A stretch of DNA of 33,356 bases from a virus. The notes beneath the pieces were generated by a model. The model did not search any database. It had not been told where the DNA came from and saw only the letters and a list, made by a program, of their open reading frames with translations. The translations under genes and the position numbers were made by a program. Location of the stretch: IMG/VR virus record IMGVR_UViG_2757320712_000001, positions 1 through 33,356 of that record. The stretch is one strand, 5' to 3'. Numbering within the stretch: the first letter of the stretch is position 1; the number at the start of each line of letters is the position of its first letter. Positions 1 through 7,690 of this stretch are shown here, piece after piece.

Positions 1-538
1 TAGGAATTTACAATTTTTCTCATTTTTTGCACAATTTACGCAAAATGACAGATTAATTGGAATTTTGGAATTTTGAATTTTTTGCACCGCTCCAATTATT
101 ATTTGGAGGTGTAGAATTAATTGGAATTTTCAATTTGGTGCATAAATTGGGAAATTTGCGAAAAAAACGAAAAAAACGAAAGAAATTGGAATTTTCAATT
201 TTTTGCGTTAGTTGTGAAATTTTCGCAGAAAATGAAAAAAACTACAGTTTCCTAATTAAGCCTTTGCAATTGCAGAATATTAACTAGGTATTTGTAGTTT
301 TTTTCATTTTCTGCGAAAATTTCACAACTAACGCAAAAAATTGAAAATTCCAATTTCTTTCGTTTTTTTCGTTTTTTTCGCAAATTTCCCAATTTATGCA
401 CCAAATTGAAAATTCCAATTAATTCTACACCTCCAAATAATAATTGGAGCGGTGCAAAAAATTCAAAATTCCAAAATTCCAATTAATCTGTCATTTTGCG
501 TAAATTGTGCAAAAAATGAGAAAAATTGTAAATTCCTA
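1..538. repeat. Terminal palindrome centred at 269/270 (hairpin end read through, or head-to-head replicative junction)
   Basis: Position n pairs with 539-n (1 TAGGAATTTACAA pairs with TTGTAAATTCCTA ending at 538). The mirrored ORFs 57..287 and 252..482 share the same N-terminal sequence. Eight mismatched pairs lie within 247-292. Rudiviruses have covalently closed ends. Confidence 0.9.
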
Positions 539-550
539 ATTTCCTAAATT
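530..550 (-). repeat. Rudiviral terminal motif AATTTAGGAAATTAGGAATTT; partial copies near 594-607 and 661-677
   Basis: 20/21 match to the AATTTAGGAATTTAGGAATTT motif recalled near SIRV genome ends, where it is proposed as a resolution or replication signal. Confidence 0.7.
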
Positions 551-1154
551 TGAAATAATCTATCATTTTCTGCAAAAAAATAAAAAAATTGGAAATTCCT
601 AAATTCCAAATAATTCTACATTTCCAAATAATTTTCCAACTATGATAAAAAATACTAATTTTCTAAATTCCTAAATTACAATTAATCTGTCATTTAGTGA
701 AATTTGTAATATAAAATTTGCAAATTCAAACTTTGGAAATTTGTAATAAATGTTAATTTGGAGATATTAATAACTACTAACTATAAATTATAAATTTATA
801 AATCTGAGGCAACCAAAACCTCAATTTAAAGTTAAAAAGTTACTAAACATATTCCAAAATTATTATATTTATTCATTTCGTTATGTGTTAGTAGTTTTTT
901 GCGTTTAGTGTTGGAGAAATTGGAAGTTTAGAAAGAAAAGTTTATAAGGTAGAAGAAAGCATTTAATAATGTTAGTGGGCATTATCTTTCTTCTTATTAT
1001 TATTTTTTTATATATATTATTATTAACATTTAAAGTAAAAAATTATATAACTACATAGTTATTATATTATATAATTAGCTAATTAGTTAATTAGTAGTTA
1101 TAATTTAATAATTATAGTTTTGTAGTTCAAGTGTAAAATATAGTTTCTTTTTTT

Positions 1155-1178
1155 CTTTCAATTCAATAGAAGATGCTG
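1155..1178 (-). other. Solitary CRISPR-repeat-like sequence (left ITR copy)
   Basis: CAGCATCTTCTATTGAATTGAAAG. The last 20 nt match 18/20 to the recalled Sulfolobales repeat GCTAATCTACTATAGAATTGAAAG. No second repeat or spacer array is seen. Confidence 0.4.
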
Positions 1179-1257
1179 TATACAGTTTGAATTTATCTAA
1201 GTTTCTTGTGGTAAAAATTGTAAGGAGATTTAGCAAATTGGAGAATTAGATAATTAT

Positions 1258-1305
1258 ATAGTTATACAATATAATAGTTATATAGTTATGCAATATAGTA
1301 GTTAT
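1258..1305. repeat. Tandem 2 x 24-bp repeat in the ITR (mirror at 33187-33234)
   Basis: ATAGTTATACAATATAATAGTTAT and ATAGTTATGCAATATAGTAGTTAT, 22/24 identical. Confidence 0.8.
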
Positions 1306-1472
1306 AAATTATTAATTATGTTTTAACCCGAAATAGATATTTTTACGCGATTTCACCGTTAGGAAACAATTTATCTCTGCAGTATTGAAATAAATTGGAG
1401 AGACAGAATTCATACGTTCTCTTTGTAGAGAGTTGATGGAGAGAGTTAAAAAGATAGAGATGTAAAAAGAGA

Positions 1473-1500
1473 GAGAAAGATTTATATATGTGTTTTTACA
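1473..1500 (+). promoter_or_regulatory. Strong (probably early) promoter, BRE + TATA, duplicated in the right ITR (32992-33019, minus strand)
   Basis: GAGAAAGA-TTTATATA...GTTTTTACA, followed by the SD GAGGAG just before a start codon. Confidence 0.75.
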
Positions 1501-1521
1501 AATGATATAATGAGGAGGAAA

Positions 1522-1824
1522 ATGGCACAAGAAAAAAGTCAAAATTCGTTTAAAGAAATTACACAACAAGAAATTAAGTTAGTTTTTTCAATTCAGTTAG
1601 AACAGGTTAAGGGAAGACATATAGAATATAATAAGTTGAATATAAGAATAAATGAAATTAGCTTTACTTATTTAAATCCAGAGAATATAGATTTCATAAA
1701 GACGCTACAAAAAATTGCAAAATTATACCAAATTTCACAAACTGTGGATAATGAGAAAGTAATTCAAGGTAGTAAAGAAGAAATTTTAAAGCTAATAGCG
1801 TTACTAATTTATAATTTACAATAA
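1522..1824 (+). CDS. Hypothetical protein, 100 aa; paralogue of 29053..29358
   Basis: Start moved from 1510 to ATG 1522, behind the SD GAGGAGG. Shares FSxQL..VK...EYNKLxIRI and LIALLI with ORF 29053..29358. Confidence 0.8.
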   Translation: MAQEKSQNSFKEITQQEIKLVFSIQLEQVKGRHIEYNKLNIRINEISFTYLNPENIDFIKTLQKIAKLYQISQTVDNEKVIQGSKEEILKLIALLIYNLQ

Positions 1825-1990
1825 TTTTTTTCTTTCGTATTCTTTATTTTTAGTTTTTGTGTTCTTTTTTTTAATTTATTATTTTCACTTTTACAATTCT
1901 GTTTTTGCATTTTTTGTTTTCTTTTTCTATGATATATTATTTCTAAATTGGAGGAATTAAAAGAGCGTAATTTATGAATGTAAAAAGATA

Positions 1991-2018
1991 GAGAAAGATT
2001 TATATATAAGTTTTTACA
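1991..2018 (+). promoter_or_regulatory. Second copy of the strong promoter
   Basis: GAGAAAGATTTATATAT is identical to 1473-1489 and is followed by GTTTTTACA. Confidence 0.75.
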
Positions 2019-2038
2019 TATTATATATTAGTGATAAA

Positions 2039-2284
2039 ATGACTGAAACACAAAACAGAAAAGTTAGGTTAGGAAAAAAAGAAAAAGCAATATTGGATTT
2101 TTTAAAAGAACATCCGGAAGGAGTTTGGAAAGATGAAGTTATCCGACATTTTTCATGGGCTAGCAAGTATGATGGTGTGGTTTCAAAAAGACTGTATAAT
2201 ATGCAGAAAAAAGGATTAATAATAATAAAAAGTGAAATAAATCCTGAGACCGGAAGAAGTAAGCAAAGAGTTTATTTAAAGTAA
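2039..2284 (+). CDS. Winged-helix DNA-binding protein, 81 aa
   Basis: ILDFLKEHPEGVWKDEVIRHF...VSKRLYNMQKKGLI plus a wing (RSKQRVYLK) fits the wHTH pattern. Has its own promoter. Confidence 0.7.
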   Translation: MTETQNRKVRLGKKEKAILDFLKEHPEGVWKDEVIRHFSWASKYDGVVSKRLYNMQKKGLIIIKSEINPETGRSKQRVYLK

Positions 2285-2320
2285 TAATTTTTTTCTTTAA
2301 GCTTTTTCTTTTTTTTAATT

Positions 2321-2512
2321 CTATTTTAGTTCTCTAATTATATCTTCTATCGTATAAATAATATTTTCTATTTCTTCAATTTTTTCTTTTTCAAAATTAT
2401 GTTCTTCATAGTTTTCAATAAGTTTCATAATTTCTTCTAATTTTTCTTTTGCATTTTGCAATTCTTTTATTGCATCTTCAAGATCTGTTATTATTTCATC
2501 ATAATTTATCAA
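2321..2512 (-). CDS. Small acidic coiled-coil protein, 63 aa
   Basis: Heptad pattern; co-oriented with the upstream ORF, 3-nt gap. Confidence 0.65.
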   Translation of the reverse strand: MINYDEIITDLEDAIKELQNAKEKLEEIMKLIENYEEHNFEKEKIEEIENIIYTIEDIIRELK

Positions 2513-2515
2513 TTT

Positions 2516-2782
2516 TTACACCTCTTTTATTCTTTTCCAAACCTTTCCAATTGTTACACTTATATCAATTGACATTACAGAAAACCAAATTTCAAAATTT
2601 AATAGTTTATTATCAATTTCTAAATAACCAGCAATTTTATTTTTATTTTTTGTATAAAATATTATTCTCGGTTTTTCGTTAAAAATAAAAGCTTTATTTA
2701 GTAAATTTAAAATATCTTTTTCATTCATATTTTCAACTTTGTTTTTTATTTTTTCCATTTGTTCTAAAAATTTTTCACTCAT
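2516..2782 (-). CDS. Hypothetical protein, 88 aa
   Basis: ATG ORF preceded by a TATA-GTC promoter (TGAC at 2809-2812). Confidence 0.7.
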   Translation of the reverse strand: MSEKFLEQMEKIKNKVENMNEKDILNLLNKAFIFNEKPRIIFYTKNKNKIAGYLEIDNKLLNFEIWFSVMSIDISVTIGKVWKRIKEV

Positions 2783-2834
2783 GCTTTCACAATTAATGTT
2801 GTATTATATGACATATAAAAAGATTTTTATTTTT

Positions 2835-3452
2835 TCAAAATAAGGAACCATAACATTTTGCTTTGAATTCACAATTTTTACATAAATAATTATTTGCACC
2901 AGGTATAGTTTTATAATCTTGCAATTTTATAAATTCTTTAAATTTCTTAATCCATTCTATCGCTTTTTGTATATATTCATCTATTAATTTTTTATCTATT
3001 AGAAATTGTTTAACTTCTCTGTTTAATCTATTTAAATATATGATATAAACATTATCAATTTTATAATTCTGTTGTTGTAATAAATAATAGTAGATTGAGA
3101 CTTGATAAAGATGATATTCTTTTATTTGGAAATAGTTAGTTGAAATAGTTTTTAACTCTATAAGATCGTTATTACAAATTAAGTCAATTCTTCCAGAAAT
3201 TTTTATATTTTCAATTTCACCATTTATTTCAATTTCAGTTTTACAATTTAGTTTTTCTTCAAAATAATGCTCAACTTTCTCATGATACTGTTCACCTAAA
3301 TCCAAAACTAGTTCATTAATTCCTCTTTCAAACTCAAATTTTCTACTTAGATAACTTTTTCTGAAACAAATTCCAATTTCTGATGGAAATATTGTATCTT
3401 CAGGATATTTAACTTTGAAACTTTGTTTTACGAAATCTTCATAATTTGTCAT
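2835..3452 (-). CDS. Cas4/RecB-like nuclease (SIRV2 gp19-like)
   Basis: N-terminal Cys (ICFRK), G..H, GRIDL, IELKT, YQ..Y and C-terminal CxxCxxxxxC Fe-S ligands. Confidence 0.9.
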   Translation of the reverse strand: MTNYEDFVKQSFKVKYPEDTIFPSEIGICFRKSYLSRKFEFERGINELVLDLGEQYHEKVEHYFEEKLNCKTEIEINGEIENIKISGRIDLICNNDLIELKTISTNYFQIKEYHLYQVSIYYYLLQQQNYKIDNVYIIYLNRLNREVKQFLIDKKLIDEYIQKAIEWIKKFKEFIKLQDYKTIPGANNYLCKNCEFKAKCYGSLF

Positions 3453-3454
3453 TT

Positions 3455-4762
3455 TTAACCGCCTAAATTACTAAATCTCATTAAATTTATTATTCTATTA
3501 CAAATTTCTTCGTTTTGTACTTTTTCAATTTGTAAATCTATATCTAGAGCTTGTAATATAATTTGTATATCAATACTTTGCTCTTGTCTTCTAGATTCCA
3601 AATTATTGCAATTTACATAATTATTAATGCTATTTATTTTCTGTTGAATTAATTCGATTAAAGCTTTTAAAATTGAAGGGTATAATACTCTTGCATTTAT
3701 TATTTTCTCATAAGTCTTTTTAATTGCTAACTGAATAATATGAATTCTATCTAAAATTGCTGAAGTAAATATTTGATAATTTTGTAAATAATCTTCTATA
3801 TCTGGATTTACTAATTTATTAATTGTATATGCATATGGATTTCCAGCGTAAATTATTGGAATACATTTTTGTATTGTCGCTGATTTGGATTCTGTTCCTG
3901 CTCCACGTGTCCAAATACAATTTTCTATACCAGTTGATAAAGTTGCGTTAATTGAGCCTAATTCTTTTGCACTAAAACCTTCTTTCCAATTCTGAATTTC
4001 ATCAAAAATTAGACCATTCGACAAAAATACAGCTCCATACATATTGTTTCGAGCATCATAGACTAAATTGGCATAAGTTGGTGATTCGGTATAATAACGA
4101 AAGTTAAAAACTTCTTGTAAAATCATGAAAGTTGTAGTTTTTCCAGTTCCGCGGTTTGAAATTTCAATATAGTTTATTTGGCGTTTTGTAATTGGGGATT
4201 TGAAGAGTGGAAATAATCTTGGGAGAAATAGGAAAATATCATTTATTTCCATTTTTGAAGGATCATATCCAAAACTTTGAAGTAATAAAGCATATGTTTG
4301 ATATTCTGAATTTGCTAAATCAAAAAGTTCTTTTGCAATTTCGTAATTATTTGGTGGTTCTATAGAATAAATGTCATTAATATACCAACTATTTGAATTT
4401 TTCTTGATTTTTACAAACATATAACTAGTTATCAAATTGTAGAAATCTTCGGGATTATCAGCTATAAAATGTGGATCAAAATTTCCTATAAATCCATTTT
4501 GGAATTTCGCTATTACTGATCCATCTTTTACCTTAAATTGAGTTATTTTTGAGATAAATTTTACTTCATTATTATAAAGTAAATAGCTTTGGAAATATTG
4601 ATGATCAATTCCGCGTTTGTAAGCCTTTAAAATTTCAATTTTTTTTGAGTCTTCTATTTGTTTTCCAGAGAGAATTATATTTAAAACTCTTTCTGTATCT
4701 CTTGGATTATAAAAAAAAGAATGAGATTTCATTTTTTCAAGAAGTTGATTTGAACTACTCAT
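3455..4762 (-). CDS. AAA+ ATPase / putative helicase (SIRV2 gp18-like)
   Basis: Walker A NRGTGKTT, Walker B LIFDE, sensor AGNP, Arg finger ILDR. Sits in an operon between the SSB and the nuclease. Confidence 0.85.
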   Translation of the reverse strand: MSSSNQLLEKMKSHSFFYNPRDTERVLNIILSGKQIEDSKKIEILKAYKRGIDHQYFQSYLLYNNEVKFISKITQFKVKDGSVIAKFQNGFIGNFDPHFIADNPEDFYNLITSYMFVKIKKNSNSWYINDIYSIEPPNNYEIAKELFDLANSEYQTYALLLQSFGYDPSKMEINDIFLFLPRLFPLFKSPITKRQINYIEISNRGTGKTTTFMILQEVFNFRYYTESPTYANLVYDARNNMYGAVFLSNGLIFDEIQNWKEGFSAKELGSINATLSTGIENCIWTRGAGTESKSATIQKCIPIIYAGNPYAYTINKLVNPDIEDYLQNYQIFTSAILDRIHIIQLAIKKTYEKIINARVLYPSILKALIELIQQKINSINNYVNCNNLESRRQEQSIDIQIILQALDIDLQIEKVQNEEICNRIINLMRFSNLGG

Positions 4763-4787
4763 GAAAAAAAAATTATCTTATGACGTT

Positions 4788-5189
4788 TTAAAATTCATCT
4801 TCTACGTTTTTCTTTTCTCTTTTTTTCTCTTTCTTTTGCTCTTTTTCTTCTTGTTCTTCTTCATTTAATTCCAATTCTTCTTCTTCAACTCTATTGCCAT
4901 TTCTTGGTGTGAATTTTACATATTCATTTAAAATATCAGCATATTTATTTAAAAAGTCTGCAATTAGTTTTAAATCTTCAGCATCATTTGCAGTTATTCC
5001 TAATTGCTTTCTAAAGTTATTTTGACTATGAATGGTCATGGAATATCTTATTTTTCCATTGTCAGGGACTGCATTTAACTGAACTACTAGTCTTTTTAGA
5101 CCTTTGATTTTTAAAATTCTTGAAGCTATCTTATTTTGTTCTTTTGCTGTTTTGCCTAACTCATCTATTATTTCCTTCAGGCTTGCCAT
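4788..5189 (-). CDS. Single-stranded DNA-binding protein (SIRV2 gp17-like)
   Basis: MASLKEIIDELGK...RYSMTIHSQNNFRKQ closely matches recalled gp17. Acidic disordered tail ending EDEF. Confidence 0.85.
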   Translation of the reverse strand: MASLKEIIDELGKTAKEQNKIASRILKIKGLKRLVVQLNAVPDNGKIRYSMTIHSQNNFRKQLGITANDAEDLKLIADFLNKYADILNEYVKFTPRNGNRVEEEELELNEEEQEEKEQKKEKKREKKNVEDEF

Positions 5190-5289
5190 TTTTTTCGCCT
5201 TATTTAAAACTTATAATATGACATATTTATATATTTATAAAAGTACAAGTCATGATATTTAGAAGTTAAAAAAGAAGAGAAAAAAATAT

Positions 5290-5562
5290 TTAAATTAACT
5301 TAAAGAATATAGATCTTATTATCTTAGCTATTTTAGTATTATATTTTCTAGATAGTTCTTCTAATTTTTGGTAATATAGCTCATCCACTGTAAAAAATAC
5401 TCTTTCATCATATATATCTTTACTTTCGATTTCTCTGAACGGGCTTTGAGAATTTAATATTTTGTCAATTTCCTGTTTTATTAACTCTCTCTTCTGATAA
5501 AAAAGATTTTTATACTTTGCGGGTATACGTAATTCGATATACTTATTTTTTTGCTTTTTCAT
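5290..5562 (-). CDS. Probable tandem ribbon-helix-helix protein, 90 aa
   Basis: Two strand-helix-helix-like units (YIELRIP...; VFFTVDELYYQKLEELSRKYNTKIAKIIR). Confidence 0.6.
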   Translation of the reverse strand: MKKQKNKYIELRIPAKYKNLFYQKRELIKQEIDKILNSQSPFREIESKDIYDERVFFTVDELYYQKLEELSRKYNTKIAKIIRSIFFKLI

Positions 5563-5633
5563 AATTTTAGATATTTTAGAATACTATAAAAAGATGACAT
5601 ATACATTTAAATGTCAGGTTTTCATTTTCGAAT

Positions 5634-5981
5634 GTGGAAAGTCAAAAAGTTTTTACTTATCACTTTCTTTATTCTTATACATATTTTGTCACTATCACTA
5701 CGAATTATCGATATAATTCAACGACTGAAATTTTTCAGAAATTTCGACAATATATCTACAATCATGATAGAAATTCACATGTATTCAGTGTTAAGGAATA
5801 TACTACTAAATTGAAAGGACTGCATTATCATTTACTTGTATTTACAAATAAGAAATTGGATTATTCTAGAATCCATGAAAAAATGCTGAAACATAGTGAT
5901 ATTAGAATTCAATTAGTTCCAAAAACAAAAAGTGATATAAAAAAAGTTTTGACTTATATATTAAAAAATCAAGTTGTGTAA
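5634..5981 (+). CDS. HUH-family replication initiator (Rep)
   Basis: Motif 1 FVTIT, motif 2 LHYHLL, motif 3 YILK. GTG start. Resembles SIRV1 ORF119 Rep. Confidence 0.85.
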   Translation: MESQKVFTYHFLYSYTYFVTITTNYRYNSTTEIFQKFRQYIYNHDRNSHVFSVKEYTTKLKGLHYHLLVFTNKKLDYSRIHEKMLKHSDIRIQLVPKTKSDIKKVLTYILKNQVV

Positions 5982-5982
5982 A

Positions 5983-6279
5983 TTATTTAGATGTTTGAGT
6001 TTGCTGATTTTGTTGTTGTTCAGTTTTCTTTTGTGCTAATGAATTTACATCTCTTAATGTATCCATATTCAATAACGCATTAACTCCAAGAGTTGTTGTG
6101 TCTTTTATGCTTTCAACTGCTGAAATTGTACTTTTTGTCATTTCGTTAATAGCATTTTGGAAAGTTTCATTATTTTGCTTTTGGTTGAAAAGATGTACAA
6201 CTTCGCCGACAACATAGCTAGCAATTAATACTCCCATTAATGTTAGAAATCCTTCTAATGCGACTGTACTTAGCGTCAT
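5983..6279 (-). CDS. Virus-associated pyramid protein PVAP (lysis/egress; SIRV2 P98-like)
   Basis: 98 aa, N-terminal transmembrane helix, ESIKDTT..G.NALLNMDTLRDVNSLA signature. Confidence 0.92.
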   Translation of the reverse strand: MTLSTVALEGFLTLMGVLIASYVVGEVVHLFNQKQNNETFQNAINEMTKSTISAVESIKDTTTLGVNALLNMDTLRDVNSLAQKKTEQQQNQQTQTSK

Positions 6280-6377
6280 TTCAATTCTATTTTTAGAAAG
6301 ATGGTCAATAATAAACTTTTCTCAAAAAATCAAAATATATAAATATGTCATAATATGCATTTGATGAATGAGGAAAA

Positions 6378-6539
6378 ATGACAGAAAAGTTAAAAACCCA
6401 AAAAGTAGTTTTTGGAATTAATATAAATAAAGAATTAAAGCTAAAGTTGAAGAAGTATTGTGTTGAACAGGATAAAACGCTTACTGAAGCTATAGAAGAG
6501 GCATTAGTTGAATATTTGCAAAAGAGAGGAGTAAAATGA
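6378..6539 (+). CDS. svtR: SvtR-like RHH repressor, 53 aa (not in the ORF track)
   Basis: Hand translation: MTEKLKTQKVVFGININKELKLKLKKYCVEQDKTLTEAIEEALVEYLQKRGVK, similar to SIRV1 ORF56b. SD TGAGG and a TATA-GTC promoter lie upstream. Confidence 0.85.
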   Translation: MTEKLKTQKVVFGININKELKLKLKKYCVEQDKTLTEAIEEALVEYLQKRGVK

Positions 6540-6694
6540 GAGTAATAACAGTAAAACTTGAAGAAGATTTACTTAAGGAATTAGATAATTACGCAATGAA
6601 TAAAAAATTAAGTCGTTCTGATGTTGTCAGAATGGCAATTGATGAATTTTTAAGAGTAAATGTAAGGATGACAAAAGCTATGTATAATAGCTAA
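6536..6694 (+). CDS. CopG-type RHH protein, 52 aa (not in the ORF track)
   Basis: MRVITVKLEEDLLKELDNYAMNKKLSRSDVVRMAIDEFLR... is a classic RHH. ATGA overlap with the svtR-like gene. Confidence 0.85.
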   Translation: MRVITVKLEEDLLKELDNYAMNKKLSRSDVVRMAIDEFLRVNVRMTKAMYNS

Positions 6695-6731
6695 AAAATA
6701 AGAATTTTTTAAGTTAATTCAACTTTTTTTC

Positions 6732-6800
6732 TTAAGTTTTCTTTTCAAATTTTGGTAATGTTACATTTTAATACTTTAAATCACGGTCACTTAAGATCAT
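6732..6800 (-). pseudogene. dUTPase / dCTP deaminase-family gene scar
   Basis: In-frame MILSDRDLKY*NVTLPKFEKKT*, resembling the N- and C-termini of the recalled SIRV dUTPase. TATA-GTC promoter retained at about 6828-6840. Confidence 0.7.
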
Positions 6801-6845
6801 ATTTGTTCAAGTCAAAAAGACAGAATATGACAAATATATTTTCAT

Positions 6846-7088
6846 TTATCTCTTCTTTTTTAATCTCTCAATTTCTTGTTTAAGTTCATCAATTTCATCA
6901 TAAATATCAGCAAATGCGTTTACAATTTCTAAAAACATAAGTGCAAAAACTCCAGATGCAAAAACTATTGAGATTATAATTTCTAACGTATTTTTTGTTA
7001 GAATTCCTAATGATAAAATTCCTATAGCTGGTAATATAAAAATTAGAAAAATTAAGAAAACTATTATTTCACGGCATGTTCTATTCAT
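6846..7088 (-). CDS. Small membrane protein with coiled-coil tail, 80 aa
   Basis: Two hydrophobic segments followed by DEIDELKQEIERLKKKR. Confidence 0.7.
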   Translation of the reverse strand: MNRTCREIIVFLIFLIFILPAIGILSLGILTKNTLEIIISIVFASGVFALMFLEIVNAFADIYDEIDELKQEIERLKKKR

Positions 7089-7100
7089 TTTTTCTCATTT

Positions 7101-7418
7101 TTATTTTTCGTTTTCTGACAAATTTATACTTTTATTGACCTCACCACAAAATACATTAATGTTAAATATATTTCTATTATATCTCCAATTTATTTTTATA
7201 TATTGTGGATATTTAAAAGTCTTTATTATATATCTTAAAATTCCAATTCCTCTTTTTTCGTAAAATTCTTTTGTTGTGTTCATTATAATTTTTATAGTTA
7301 CTAAGTTCTCATCTTCTAAAACTAGAAAATCATAAACACTGTCAGAATAACGACTTTTTAACCATTCAAAAATTTGAATTGTATACTTTCTACATTCATA
7401 TTTAACAAAATCATTCAT
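7101..7418 (-). CDS. Hypothetical protein, 105 aa
   Basis: ATG ORF with a TATA-GTC element upstream (about 7437-7447). Confidence 0.7.
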   Translation of the reverse strand: MNDFVKYECRKYTIQIFEWLKSRYSDSVYDFLVLEDENLVTIKIIMNTTKEFYEKRGIGILRYIIKTFKYPQYIKINWRYNRNIFNINVFCGEVNKSINLSENEK

Positions 7419-7561
7419 ATTTTAAATTTCATGATCTGACAATTTAATAGTTTGATATTACTTTAGATATAGTATATTATATAGTATATAATTCTTTCAA
7501 TTATTATGATTTTTTAATTCATAAATTGTCAAGACTGATTCACCACATAAAGAAAAAGCAA

Positions 7562-7581
7562 TATACATAATATTATGTATA
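7562..7581. promoter_or_regulatory. 20-bp palindromic operator, copy 1
   Basis: TATACATAATATTATGTATA, a perfect palindrome identical to 19088-19107. Confidence 0.65.
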
Positions 7582-7621
7582 TAACTTTGAGTTTGAATTT
7601 TACATCAATTTCATCAACTTA

Positions 7622-7641
7622 TATACATTATATAATGTATA
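7622..7641. promoter_or_regulatory. 20-bp palindromic operator, copy 2 (upstream of the capsid gene)
   Basis: TATACATTATATAATGTATA, perfect palindrome; TTTATATT follows 11 nt downstream. Confidence 0.65.
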
Positions 7642-7690
7642 AGACGTGAAAATTTATATTGTAGCAATTTTAAATATTAATTGACCAAAA

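Larger units (their letters stand above)
270..1517. repeat. Left inverted terminal repeat (about 1.25 kb from the hairpin axis)
   Basis: 1136-1517 is the reverse complement of 32975-33356 (n pairs with 34492-n). Identity stops just after TGAGGAG at 1517. Confidence 0.9.

Noticed and set aside
57-482. Mirrored 76-aa ORFs in the terminal palindrome
   Set aside because: TTG starts, low-complexity Phe/Lys-rich translations, no promoter or SD. They are by-products of the palindrome.
1100-1200. CRISPR mini-array
   Set aside because: Only one repeat-like unit; no second repeat at spacer distance on either side.
1318-1465. Slightly GC-richer ITR segment that could be a decayed gene
   Set aside because: All plus frames are closed by several stops, and no fragment resembles a protein I recognise.
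1312-1569. 85-aa minus ORF and its ITR mirror 32938..33180
   Set aside because: Antisense across the strong promoter and the start of a better-supported gene. Identical only because of the ITR.
2835-3452. Cas4-like gene as evidence of a viral CRISPR-Cas system
   Set aside because: No cas1/cas2 or array. It is the standard rudiviral replication/recombination nuclease in the SSB-ATPase operon.
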